Source: Lama guanicoe (taxonomy: Eukaryota). Taken from it: 64,000 bases of DNA. Positions 47,230 to 58,425 of this stretch are shown here, piece after piece. A program made the position numbers and the translations under genes. The notes under the pieces were generated by a model. That model made no database searches and was not told the origin of the DNA. It saw only the letters and a program-made list of their open reading frames with translations. Location of the stretch: assembly GCA_013239625.1 (NCBI GenBank), contig MU053561.1, positions 5,816,439 to 5,880,438 of the forward strand, read 5' to 3'. The stretch's first letter is position 1. Each line of letters opens with the position of its first letter.

Positions 47230-48275
47230 CCACAGTTATCAGTTCTACAACCAAATTCTATCCAAAATCCACCCACTTCTCCCCATGTTCTGTTTCCTCC
47301 CTAGATCAGGCCAACATCATCTCTCCCCAGGGCACTGTTTTCACTTTTACCTCCCACATTCTCTATACAGTAGCTGGAGTCTTCTAAAAACTAAATCATA
47401 CCATCTAGACTCTTTCCTTAAAAGTCCTTCAACAGCTTCCCATTTGTCACAGGTTGGAGTTCTCCACAAATGTGGAGACCAAGTTGGGGACCCAAGATGC
47501 TTATTAAGGTTTAACACCTGTGAAGGAAAAGGAAGCAAGTGGGATTGGGCAGAGGAAGAAATCAAAGTGACGCAGACCCGACAAAACCTTGGCCGACCCA
47601 ACAAAACCTTGGCCAACCCGTCAGGGATCTGAAACACGTACTGTCCATCGAGATTGTCTGGTGCCGCTCACTTAGTCACAGATGTGGTTTGCTCCATGAA
47701 GAGTATGTTCTCAAGACAGCAAGGCTCTCTGCAGCTGAGGCAGTGCCTGGAAAAGCTGTCAGCTCAAGGCTGTTTGCAGACCACATTCTTACATCTGGAC
47801 GTCAAGTCCTTCCTTAAAGGGCAATCAGGGTGTTGCATCCCCTTATCCAGCTCATCATCACCTTTAGAATAAAAGGAATTTAAGAACCTAAATAATCTGG
47901 CTCCTGCTCATCTCTCTTCCACTTGCTTCTGTTGAAAATTTGCTTGAGGTACACTAGCCTTCCTGTTTCTTGAAGCTCATCCTCTCCTCTGGGGCTTTGC
48001 CTTAGCTCCTCCCCTTGCCTGGAATGTTAGACGTCAGCCTTCATGTGGCTATCTCCTTCTAAAGCTGTCTGCCTCCTTCCTCATTACTTCCTCTCTCGTT
48101 GTTTTGTTTCATTTCCCTCATTCACTTAAGTAAAATTATCAAAATTGTTTACATCTGTCTCATCAACCAGACCCTAAATTCAGTGAGGGTATGGATCTGA
48201 TCTGTTTTGTTCACTGCTCCCCCAGTCAGTACCTAGAACATGGTAGATCTTCAATAAATATTTGTTACTTTGAAT
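47230..48275 (+). mobile_element. L2 fragment interrupted by an ERVL LTR16-like solo LTR (about 47445-47850)
   Basis: L2 end acctagaacatggtag...caataaatatttgtt; the insert has LTR16-like aacacctgtgaaggaaaagg...ggattgggcagaggaagaa. Confidence 0.65.
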
Positions 48276-48562
48276 CGGACAAGGTGCAGAAATGTATGTT
48301 CAACGGTACCACAGAGTGCTACAGTTTTAGCTAATTGAACAACTTTGCACAAATAGTATTTACTAGTGTATTAAGGTTAACCTGAAGGGAGAGCTCTAGT
48401 TGGCTGACACAAATGTGTCTGGTCTTGTCAAACAGTTACAAGTCAATGATTTGTGTAGACAGAGAATGTGTAATCATCCAAATTTCTGATGACACAAAGC
48501 CGGGAGGGAGTATTGGCGCCTGACATACTGGATGACAGGATTCTTATTCAAAACCAACTGAA

Positions 48563-48960
48563 AGGCCATCAAAAATAGAATGGATAGCTGTATATTATTC
48601 ATACAGTGGACTACTGTACAGCAATGAAAACGAGTGAATTACTGCTTTCTGCAACATGGAAACATGGAATAACTTCACAAAGATAATGCTGAGGGAAATA
48701 AACCAGACACACAAAGTATACACTGCATTATTTTATTTCTATATACTTCAAAACCAGGCAAAATTATCCTATGGTGTTAAAAGTCAGGACTGTGGTTCTC
48801 CCGAGGAAGGAGGAAGGGAGCAATGATTGGAAGAGGGCACGAGAAAGGCTTCTGAGGTGCTGCTAATGTCTATTTCCTGACCTGGGGGGTGGTTATATGG
48901 GCATGTTGTTTATTTTTCAATAATACATTAACGTGTGCACTTATGATTTGTACATATTTT
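48563..48960 (+). mobile_element. L1MB-like 3' fragment
   Basis: atattcatacagtggactactg...aggcaaaattatcctatggtgttaaaagtcagg. Confidence 0.8.
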
Positions 48961-49055
48961 TCTTTTCTTTTCCTTTTCAGTGGAGGTACTGGGGATTGAA
49001 CCCAGGGTCTCATGCATGCTAAGCATGCGCTCTACCACTGAGTTACTACCCTCCC
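48961..49055 (-). mobile_element. Vic-1-like SINE, short form
   Basis: ggaggtactggggattgaacccagggtctcatgcatgctaagcatgcgctctaccactgag; imperfect TSD tgatttg...atttt. Confidence 0.9.
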
Positions 49056-51885
49056 TGATTTGCATACATTTTTATACGCATGTGTAGGGAGATGTATTTC
49101 ATTAAAAGTGTAGTTCCTGATTTTGAATGAAAGAATTTTGATATTTTGCCACTAAGATTTATAATTGCTATTTGTTTACAGTAAATAATCTTTATTATAT
49201 TTAAGTAGTTTCCTCTGATCTCTTGTTTCACAGAGGTTTTATTAGAATGGCTGCTGAATGGATTGTAATACTTATTGCTGCAGGGATGTGGGGTAAAGGG
49301 TATTTTCATGAAGCTGCTACTGAAACATAAAGTATTACAGCCTTTTTGGAAAGCAACAGCTGGCAAGAGCTATTATTTTTAAAATGTGAACCAGCAATCT
49401 CAGTTCTGGGGAGATATCCTACTCAAAAAAAACACTACTTTCAATAACACTATTGGAGTAAAAACACTGCAGTTCTATACACATGTACACGGATATTTAT
49501 TGGTGAATGTTTTAGGTGGCAACACACACACACAAATTGTAAATACTATGTATGCCATCGATAGGGGAATGTTTGCAAAAAAAATATAATATATCCATAT
49601 TTGGAAACATCCATTAAAAGGGCTAAATTTGTACTCTGCCAGTTGATTTAGAGGGGTTTTAGATGAGAAACTGCTTTAAGTAAAAGTCAGAGGAAAAAAG
49701 TAGTCACTTTAATAAAATGACTAAAAAAATAATCTATATTGAATATGTGTATATCTGTATTTGTCTGTATGTGGTCATATGCACATGGAGAAAAATGTTG
49801 ACAACTAGGTTGATAAAATGGTTATTGGAGGGTAGGAATTGATGAGGTGACAGAGGAAGGGACAAGAGGGAGGCAAGGGAAAAAATGAAAATAAAATAAG
49901 AACTAAAGGATTTTTTGGAAAGCTCTATATGAGCCAATAATCTCATATCACAGGTGAAAAATCAAATGCAGTCTTAGAGACATTAACAGATTGCATTGTG
50001 TCCAAATCGAAGGACATAATAATTGCAGTGTACTTTATGCTGTTGAGATCAAATCTAGCATATTGTATCTGTTTCTGGACACAATACTAAAAATAAAACA
50101 AGTACCCTTCTCTCCCCCCAAAAAGAAACGGTTTTTCTTGCTTTAAGAGAATCAGTTAAGAATTAGGCCAACCTAGTTTCCAATTTCTTTTCAGCCACTT
50201 GCTTAGCTATGTGACCTTGGGCAAATTACTTAATTCCTCTATGTTCTAGTTTCTTCATCTGTACAATGGGGATAATTATTGTTCCTCTCTCTCAGGGTTA
50301 TTTAGGATAATTACAAATGCATGCCAAGAACTGGCATCTACATGAAATGCAATAAAAATAATTAATGTTATCTTTGTTATTAAATTAAGTATTTATTGTG
50401 AAAATTAGAATTTACATACAAGCAAGAAAGTAAAAACATAACCATAATCTTATTTCCAGGGTTAACTACTGTTTACTTTTGGATGTTTGTGCATTTACTC
50501 AATGAGATCTGAAAAATCATCCTGAGACCTGGTGATAGCTTAGGTTGGACAAATTAGCAGCCACCAGGTGTGTAAAGGGCTGTTGTGTAGAAAAGGGATA
50601 GACATATTTTGTGAGGCTCCAACGAACCACAGCAAGAGGCAAGGGTTACAATGAGAGCTGTCCAGCAATGGAATGGGCTGCCCAATACCATAGGGAGCTC
50701 CTTGTTACAACAAATAACAGAGTCTTAGTTGGCAGGACCTCTCCCTCATACAAAACTGAGGACGTGCAACTCCACCAACTAATCCCACTCCATATGGAGA
50801 AAGAAATCAAAGGGAGGAGGGGGGCCTAGAAAGAGTTTACATCTTATCTTCAGGTACTGTTTGTCTGCTTTCTTAATACTTGGGGTCTCTTCCTGGGAAA
50901 AATTTCTGATCTGGCAAAAATTCACAGTAATTACTCAGAGGAAAGGAAAAGAAACAAACAAACAAAAAATATATTAGTGTAGTTGGAAAAAAAAATCCTA
51001 AGAACGTGGTGTTGGTGGGAGAGAAGACTAAATGTCTATATAAGACCCACCCAAGTGCTTTTGATGTCTGACCAATTATTATCTTATTATTCTTCCTGCT
51101 ATAGATACAGCTGCAGTTTATGTGACAGGATGTTTAAAAAGATTAAAGAGAAGCTGTAGTAGGGTTCTGAGGTGATAAGAGCCCCTAGAATATGTATTTA
51201 TGGACGTTTAGAATATAAGTTCCTGTACCTCCTTAGAATAAACCAACTATTTGTTTTTCTTTTTTTTTTAAAGAAACAAGTAAAGTTTGTATTTCAATAT
51301 GGCTCCTTCCTGTCCACAAGTGATAAAGGAATAATAGAGCAAAGAGAGTAAACAAATAGTACAGCAAAGAGAGGATGGTGGTGGTTCAATCTGTGATTTG
51401 CCCTGGGTTTTAATCAGCTTTGACTTTGGGGCCCAAAACATTTTATCCCTATGTTAGATAAGTGTTTTCAATTTGTTTGGATTAAACTTGTTCCTCAGAA
51501 AATGGATTATTCTATTGTGCAAGCAGGAGAGTTATGTGGAATTTATGACTCTGGTGACTCAACGTGAAGATGAAAGTTAATGGAACAGTTTCTGATAGAG
51601 GAGTCTGTGGAATTGAAGCTGAGGTGAGCTGAACTGACTCTAGGTTAGAAGAATGCTCTATAGGTGTTTCAAACATAGGGAATGAATGACTCACTAGTAT
51701 TCAAGACTGCTGTGTGGGCTCTCCCTTATTTTACAACATAAATTGGCTCTGGGCGCCCAGTAAAAGGGCTATGGGACATGTTCTCAGAATTTCTGCCATT
51801 AGTCATGTGTAAATTGCTTGTTAATTTCAACTCTTTCTTCTAGCAACCTAGACCAATACCTAGTGTGGGCTTCCACACTCTCTCC

Positions 51886-51888
<3 letters not shown>

Positions 51889-51916
<28 letters not shown>
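51889..51916. repeat. (TG)14 microsatellite
   Basis: Read directly from the sequence. Confidence 0.95.
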
Positions 51917-51919
<3 letters not shown>

Positions 51920-53200
51920 TTATTTATCTTCTTTTTTCCTGAACTCTTTTCTGTTTGAGAATAAGTTGTAGACATGATGCCCTTTTCCCCTTAGCACTTC
52001 AGTGTGTATTTCCTAAAGACAAGGACAATCTCTTTCATAACTTCAGTCCAAATATGAAAATTAAGAAGTCAATACTGATTGAATAATATTATCTAATCTA
52101 TAGACCTCTTTCAAATTTTGCTCAGTTGTTCCAATAATATCCAGTATAGTAAAAGAAAATTCCAGATCATACACCGCATTCAGTTGTCAAGTATCTTTAG
52201 TCCCCTTTAATCTGGAAGAAATTTTCCATACTTTGTCTTTCACGACCTTGACATATTTGAAGAGTTACGGGCCAGATGTTTTGTAGAGTGTTCCTCAACT
52301 TGATTGTCTGATGTTTCCTCGTGATTAGCTTCAGGTTATGCATTCTAAGCAGAAATACCACAGAAGTGATGTTGTGATCTTCTCAGTACATAATATTAGG
52401 AGTTGATTTGTTCCATTTCTATTGAAGTTACTGTTAATGATGCAGTTAAGGTAGTGCCTATCATGTTTCTCCACTTTAAAATTACTGCTTTTCCCTTTAT
52501 AGGTAAGTATCCTGTAGGGAGATACTTTGAGACTACATAAACATCTTGCTCCTCATCAAACTTTACCCACTAATTTTAGCATCCATTGATGATTCTTGTC
52601 CGAGTCAGTTATTACTATGATCATTGCCAAATAGTGATTTTTATAACTCTATCATTCTTTCTATATTTTTTAGTTGGCATTCTACTGCAGGAAAAAAAAA
52701 TTTCTCTTCTCCATGATTTGTTTGGCAATTTATTTATACCATTATGACTCATAGCTTCTTATTTTGTTCAATGGGTTATAATCTGTTTTTGACACTATTT
52801 ATTATGATGCTCAAATTGTCCCTGATTTGGATAGTGGGAGTCCCTTCAAACTGTCCTTTTGACATGTCTTTAAGATTTTTTGAAATTCCTAATTTTATGA
52901 CACAAGATATTCCAGGCTTTTCTTGTATTTTCCTAGCACTGGCCCTGAAATCAGCCACTTAACCTAAGAATTCCTGGTTCCTTTAGAGGAGAATAATATT
53001 TAGAAAAGTTTAGTTCCTAGGTGTGTGCTAATTTGTCTTGGTGTGTCACTGCTTGTAGGTTCTCTCAGAGGACAGGTTCAGGTGTGCACACTCTCTCTCT
53101 CTTTCACACACACACAACAAACATACACACACATCAATATGCTCATTTGATATTTCCAATTCTAATCCAGTGTTGCAGGTTTCATTTTAGCCTTCCCCTT
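51920..53200 (-). mobile_element. L1MC/L1ME-like 3'UTR fragment
   Basis: agttgtagacatgatgccc...agtgtgtatttcctaa...gattagcttcaggttatgcatt...tgatgctcaaattgtccc. Confidence 0.75.
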
Positions 53201-54412
53201 TTCCATATTACAGCTCCCTTCTCTAGCCGTGAGAAACTCGTGGCATCAGTCTTAACTACCATGCCTACCCACTCTACACGCAGTTTCTGATGCACTTTAG
53301 TGCAACTTCCTGCTGAAGCCAACCTGCCCACACACCCTGATGATAAGCCCCAAAGCACCTGAAGCCACTGATGTCTGTGCCACAATGCCAATGCTCCCTG
53401 AGGCGTAATTCTGCCTCTGCTTCTTTTGGGGCCATGATATTGGCCATTTCAGCCTGTTACAATAGAAATTCCAACTCGCAAAAGCACTCTTCACTCCCAG
53501 TTTGCTCCACACAGTGACACAGCCAATCTGGAAGGGCTGCTTTAAGGTCCTGATGGCTCACAGAGATTTTATGGAAACTACTCTTTTGGGTTTTACATGC
53601 CCTTTATTTTAACTCTTTCCCTAGGATTCAAACATGAATCTGGTCTGTGCCAAGAATTACTCCTCTCTCCCAACCCTGTCTGGTGGTCCCATCTTTCTTC
53701 CTGTTTCTTAATCCTTCACATACATGGAACCTTGTCAGCCAGGTCCTCCAAACATGTCTGAAAATCAGAATGTGTCCACTTAAATTCTCAAAACACCTCA
53801 TCACATTTGTTATTCTCTTAAATTGCTTGCATCAGTAGTTTAATTCAGAAACTCTCAGGAAGATAGAAGACTATACTGCAGAAGCAGCACAGAAATAAAA
53901 GGACTGTAATCCCATCCCAAGGATCTCATCCAAGTAAAAGAGCTCCCTCATAATTCTCCTGGCTGGTGGAGACAGAAGGGAACCTGGAGAGCTTTCAGTC
54001 TGAAGGCTGCCCTGAGCCATATTTAATCACAATGACACTGTTGTCCGGCACTGCGTTTTGGTCACCATCATCAGGATGTGGACGTTAAGCTGTTTTTCCA
54101 AAGGTGCTAATAGACACTGAATTATCATTCCTTGATTGCTTCTAGGCCTCTGAGGGAGGACTGGCCAGGTTAGCAAAGTGGAGTCTGTGGTTATGAGACT
54201 GAGGGATATTAGCCAATTTGTGCATAGGATGACCCCAAGAGTTAACAACCTTGATGTCATTAATATTCCCCATCTATTGAGTTAACTAGTCATAGACTGG
54301 TTGCATTTAAACATTTTATTACTTAATGGGTATTCAGTAATATGCAATTACTTTACTTGAGATAAAATCTACTGATTACATGAAAAATATACATGCAAGG
54401 CAGATAATTCTG

Positions 54413-54520
54413 TTTTTGGGTTTGTTTTTTTGTTAATTTTTTAATGGAAATACTGGGGATTGAACTCAGGACCTCCTATATGCTAAGCATGCACTCTACC
54501 ACTGAGCTATATCTCCTCTT
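54413..54520 (-). mobile_element. Vic-1-like SINE, short form
   Basis: Perfect 16-bp TSD aaggcagataattctg (54397-54412 / 54521-54536). Confidence 0.92.
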
Positions 54521-55535
54521 AAGGCAGATAATTCTGAATTAAAGCCGGACTATATTGATTTAATGTATTTCAGTATTACAGACATTAACAAGAGGCTCTT
54601 TACTGTGGATACTGAAATTGTTTCCTATACTGAAATGTAAGCTTCCTGAGGGCAGGGAACTTTGCTTTGCTTATTAAACTAAATTATTAAACTAAATCCT
54701 GACTGGGGGAAAATGGGAATGGCATGCCCCTTCTAAAGATAGTAGAAATCATTTAACAACAATAGCAAAGCACCAGGCAGATCAGACATGTCTGTGGGAT
54801 GAATTCACCTTACAGGCATTTTAAGAGCTTTAGTTTAGGTTTTACATTGTTTCTGTTTTTTAATATTTGCCCTTAAAGGTGTGCCTGTGTGTGTGCGTCT
54901 GTGTTCCAGCAGCTACTGGCTGGACAATTTTAAGAATAAAGAGGCATATTTGCTACTCACAGCTGTGAAGAGGCTTAAACAGGGATGACATTTAGAGGGC
55001 CCATGTACCCACCTGGACTATTCTGTGAGAGCTATCTGAAGCATTTGGGGGTTTTGGACTGAATAACTCAGACTCAGAGAAGGAGCTACTGGGAGCAGTA
55101 AGAGAAAGCTCCTGGGATGAGACCAACTCTGTGGGTGATGGGTAGAGCCTCCCAAAGTAGGTGGTCAGCCACACAACAGAGACTAGGAAATGGCAGGGTT
55201 CTCAGACCTGAGGGTACGGTAGAAGATTATAGGCTGGGTTGGCTACACGGCAATCATCTGGGAAAGATGCAATATCTTGTTAGCTTTCCTGGGACTATCA
55301 GAGAGGGTATTTAGCAGGACTACCACTGATACCCTAAAGCTAGGATGTTCAAAAAATATATAATGACCAATGAGTATCACTCGTCTCATTTTGTTCTCCA
55401 ACCCCTGACTTTCTCTTACGGTGGTGGGGTCAGGGCACTTAATTATGCTGGCCTCCCATCTGTAGTCTTTTGTGGGTTCACTAGGCTGAAACCAGTGTTG
55501 CATGAGATATTTGAGACTGGAATAGAGATTTCACT

Positions 55536-55771
55536 CTTGAGAGCATATTTGGAGGTTCTAGCAGGGGAGGGCAGCTGCTCGTACACCCCTGACCGAACAA
55601 CTGTCCTCCTCTATCAGGGTAGGTTGTCCTCTTCGACTTAGCGTGCAGCTTCGGGTTAGGGGGACATACATGGAGCAGTGAGGGAGGAAGGGGTCACCTG
55701 CTTAGCCAGCCAGATCAGCTGAAACAACACTAGCGGTCAATGGGGTGATGGATGTCACAGCCAGATTGCCC
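55536..55771 (-). pseudogene. RN7SK: 7SK snRNA retropseudogene (7SK nt ~9-240), 3'-truncated, no poly(A)
   Basis: Minus strand GGGCAATCTGGCTGTGACATC...CCCCTTCCTCCCTCACTGCTCCATGT...TCGAAGAGGACAACC...CCCCTGCTAGAACCTCCAAATATGCTCTCAAG; TSD ga(t/c)ttcactcttgag (55527-55541 / 55774-55788). Confidence 0.95.
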
Positions 55772-58224
55772 AGGACTTCACTCTTGAGGCAGCAAGTCTA
55801 TGTGGCCATGAATCTAAGTTTCTAATTAATTAGATTAAATGGAAGTCTTGATGGGACCTCCATGAAGGTAGTTAAATAGAGTTCCTACCTATCAAATATA
55901 TTCTGTGTTGGGCCATCATCATTGATTTCGAGTTCAGTTTAAAAACTTTTTTTTTCTTCCTACACTGTGATTTTCTTAAGTTACTCCAACCAATCATTAA
56001 GTTTCATTGACCTACACTACCTTGTGTAGGGGAAGTGTGGCGAATAAAGGGACGAAAGTGTAAAGAGAAATGCACCCTGCCTCACTTTTACTCTTACACT
56101 GCACCCATCTCAGGGAGCAGCATCCTACAAGAGAGCTGGGTCCAGTGGGGACCTGGGAAGAGCATGCTCTTTCCAACCAGGAGCAGGAGAACTCAGAGGG
56201 ACATAAACCATAGCCCTCTGCTTCTTGCTCCACTGACAGTGGAGCAAGGAGAGGGTCAGGATGATTCTAACTGTAATTGTGATAATCCCTGTTCTTTGAT
56301 GGGTGTTAAAATCATAGAGGGAATATGACTTGTTATTACCTTGGTAGGATGTCATAAAGGGGTGAAAGATGACTATTTGTTCTTCAACAGCCTTCCCTCA
56401 GCCTAAAACAGCTTTGTACATCATTACTGTTAACAGAGCTTATGAGACTTTAGCTAAGCTAATCACAGTTTACACACTGAAAATTTTCTAAACTTCATAG
56501 TATGAGGAGTAAAGGACTTCTGAGATAAAATGTGTAAAATCTGAACTATCCTAGGTATTTTAGGACATGTGGTTGCCACAACTAGAACACAGAAGCAAAC
56601 TCCTGACATGTAATTACCCTCATACTCTTGAAACAGTAATTAATTTGGCCTCTTCTAACTTAGAGGCTCATTAATGAAGGGTTAGGTCCATTTTTCTATC
56701 TCTTAATGGTTAAAAAATAAGGTTTAAATCAGAGGACGGCTTAGACTGGCTATTTTTTTCAGTTCTGAGTGATTTTTCTAGGCAGTTTGACAGGGATAAG
56801 GGAGCGGGAAACTTCCTTCTACTTTTTTTCTTTTGCTATTTAATCATTAAAAAAAATGATTCAGGGGGTTATTTACTAAGTGAGTATCAGCCTTGCTGAA
56901 GTTTGTTCCCAGTTTTCCCTAGACCTACATAAATGCCCAACTGCTGAACATAGTATCTTTTAATTGACTCTCTTATTGTTAAAGATCAACTTGCAAAATA
57001 TCCTAAGAGGTGGACCAAGCTGTATCCATATTGTCCTATGAAGGAGTCTAGCAAAGGTGAACTAGGATCCTCCGGTTTAAGAGTGAAGGCCATATTCCAC
57101 TCCCAAATGTTTCTATTGTTTCAGCTTAGTGAACTTTTACCCACAAAAGTCTTTCTTTGAACAGTCTGATTAAAAACAAGGTCTTAAAAAAATTTTTTTT
57201 TGGATTGTTTACTTACAGCTAAACCTTTAGACAGGAGGCCAACACTCAGTGGTCAGTTTCAAACAGGTTAACTTTGGACTGGAGAGATTGTTTTTTAAAA
57301 AACTCTGTGTCTTTCAAACAGACATGTGAATGATGTCAGTATGCTTGAATTTATCTGCTCTCCTGAAGCATTTCTTCTCTCCCAGGGAACACCTCAGGGC
57401 AGTACTGTGGGTTTAAGAGACAAACTTTAATGGGTAATCTTTGTCCAGTACTAAAGTGAGGATGGCAGTTGATTAGTGGTGACACACAGGTTTGGGTTGG
57501 AATGGTTAGATCTGCGGGTGGGAGGAGGCAAGAAGAGGGGAGAAAAAGTCAGCACAGCCATGTTACATGTGCCTCTATGTCCTTTATACACATAGAGCCT
57601 TCTCCTTGTGACTGTGGCCTGCATGTTTATACACTGCTTTTTCAGTATAGGGTCAAGATAAAGTCATAAAGGAAAAAGTAATTAGCAACAGGACAGGAAA
57701 GTGTAGTCAGCAACAATAGAAAATGCTTTGTGATGATGAAGTATTTGCTACTTCTGTAAAACTGGCGAATTGCTTTCTAGAACACATGTTTTTCAACCAA
57801 AGAAGGCATTTCCTATTGTAATTCTCCACTTTCTTTACTGGGCTTGACACTGAGTAAGTTTTAGCTATTAAGAAAGATCAAATCTTTTCTCAAGTAACAA
57901 AGATTTGCCCTTGTTAAGGATGTTCCAAAAAAAATGCCATAGATTTCTCAGGTTAAATCCAAAAAGAGAAGTTTCGAGTAGGCTTAGGAATATGTATACA
58001 GTCTTCCAAATGTGTTCCTTTACAAGAGATGACGCTTTTCGGAAAGGTAGGTTTTGCTGTGTTTGTTAAGCCATCAAAGACAGTTTAACCCGTAGTCAAA
58101 TACATTAGCTTTGGCCTGGTTCAATGCCCGGTCTACCACTTGTCAGCTGTTTGACTTTGGGCAAATATATCAACGCTTAGTGCCTGGCATCTAATGAGAG
58201 CTATAAAAATAAAAGTAACTCCTA

Positions 58225-58425
58225 TTTATTCAGCATCACTTTATGTTAGGTACTGCCTGAAGTGCTGAACACGCTGTCTTATTTTTTTGTAAACATCCAT
58301 GAAGTGGACACTTGTGTTATCCCCAAATCACAGGTGAGAAAAATTGAAATAGAAAGATTATGCAATTTGCTTAAGTTAAAAATGGAAGAAAGGATATATA
58401 CCAAGTCTATCTGACTCCAGACCAG
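58225..58425 (-). mobile_element. MIR SINE
   Basis: ttatccccaaatcacaggtgagaaaattga...ccaagtctatctgactccaga. Confidence 0.7.

Larger units (their letters stand above)
48330..50710 (+). mobile_element. Fragmented L3/CR1 (pieces about 48330-48560, 49960-50090, 50520-50710) split by L1, SINE and MIR insertions
   Basis: QISDDTKPG resembles FADDTKLG; 49965-50085 resembles ANAILGCINR...LYSALVRPHLEYCVQFW. Confidence 0.65.

Noticed and set aside
47576..47620. 20-bp tandem duplication (acaaaaccttggcc)
   Set aside because: Ordinary slippage inside an old LTR.
7248..54520. tRNA-Ala genes
   Set aside because: The heads are degenerate, are followed by A-rich tails and flanked by TSDs: SINEs, not tRNA genes.
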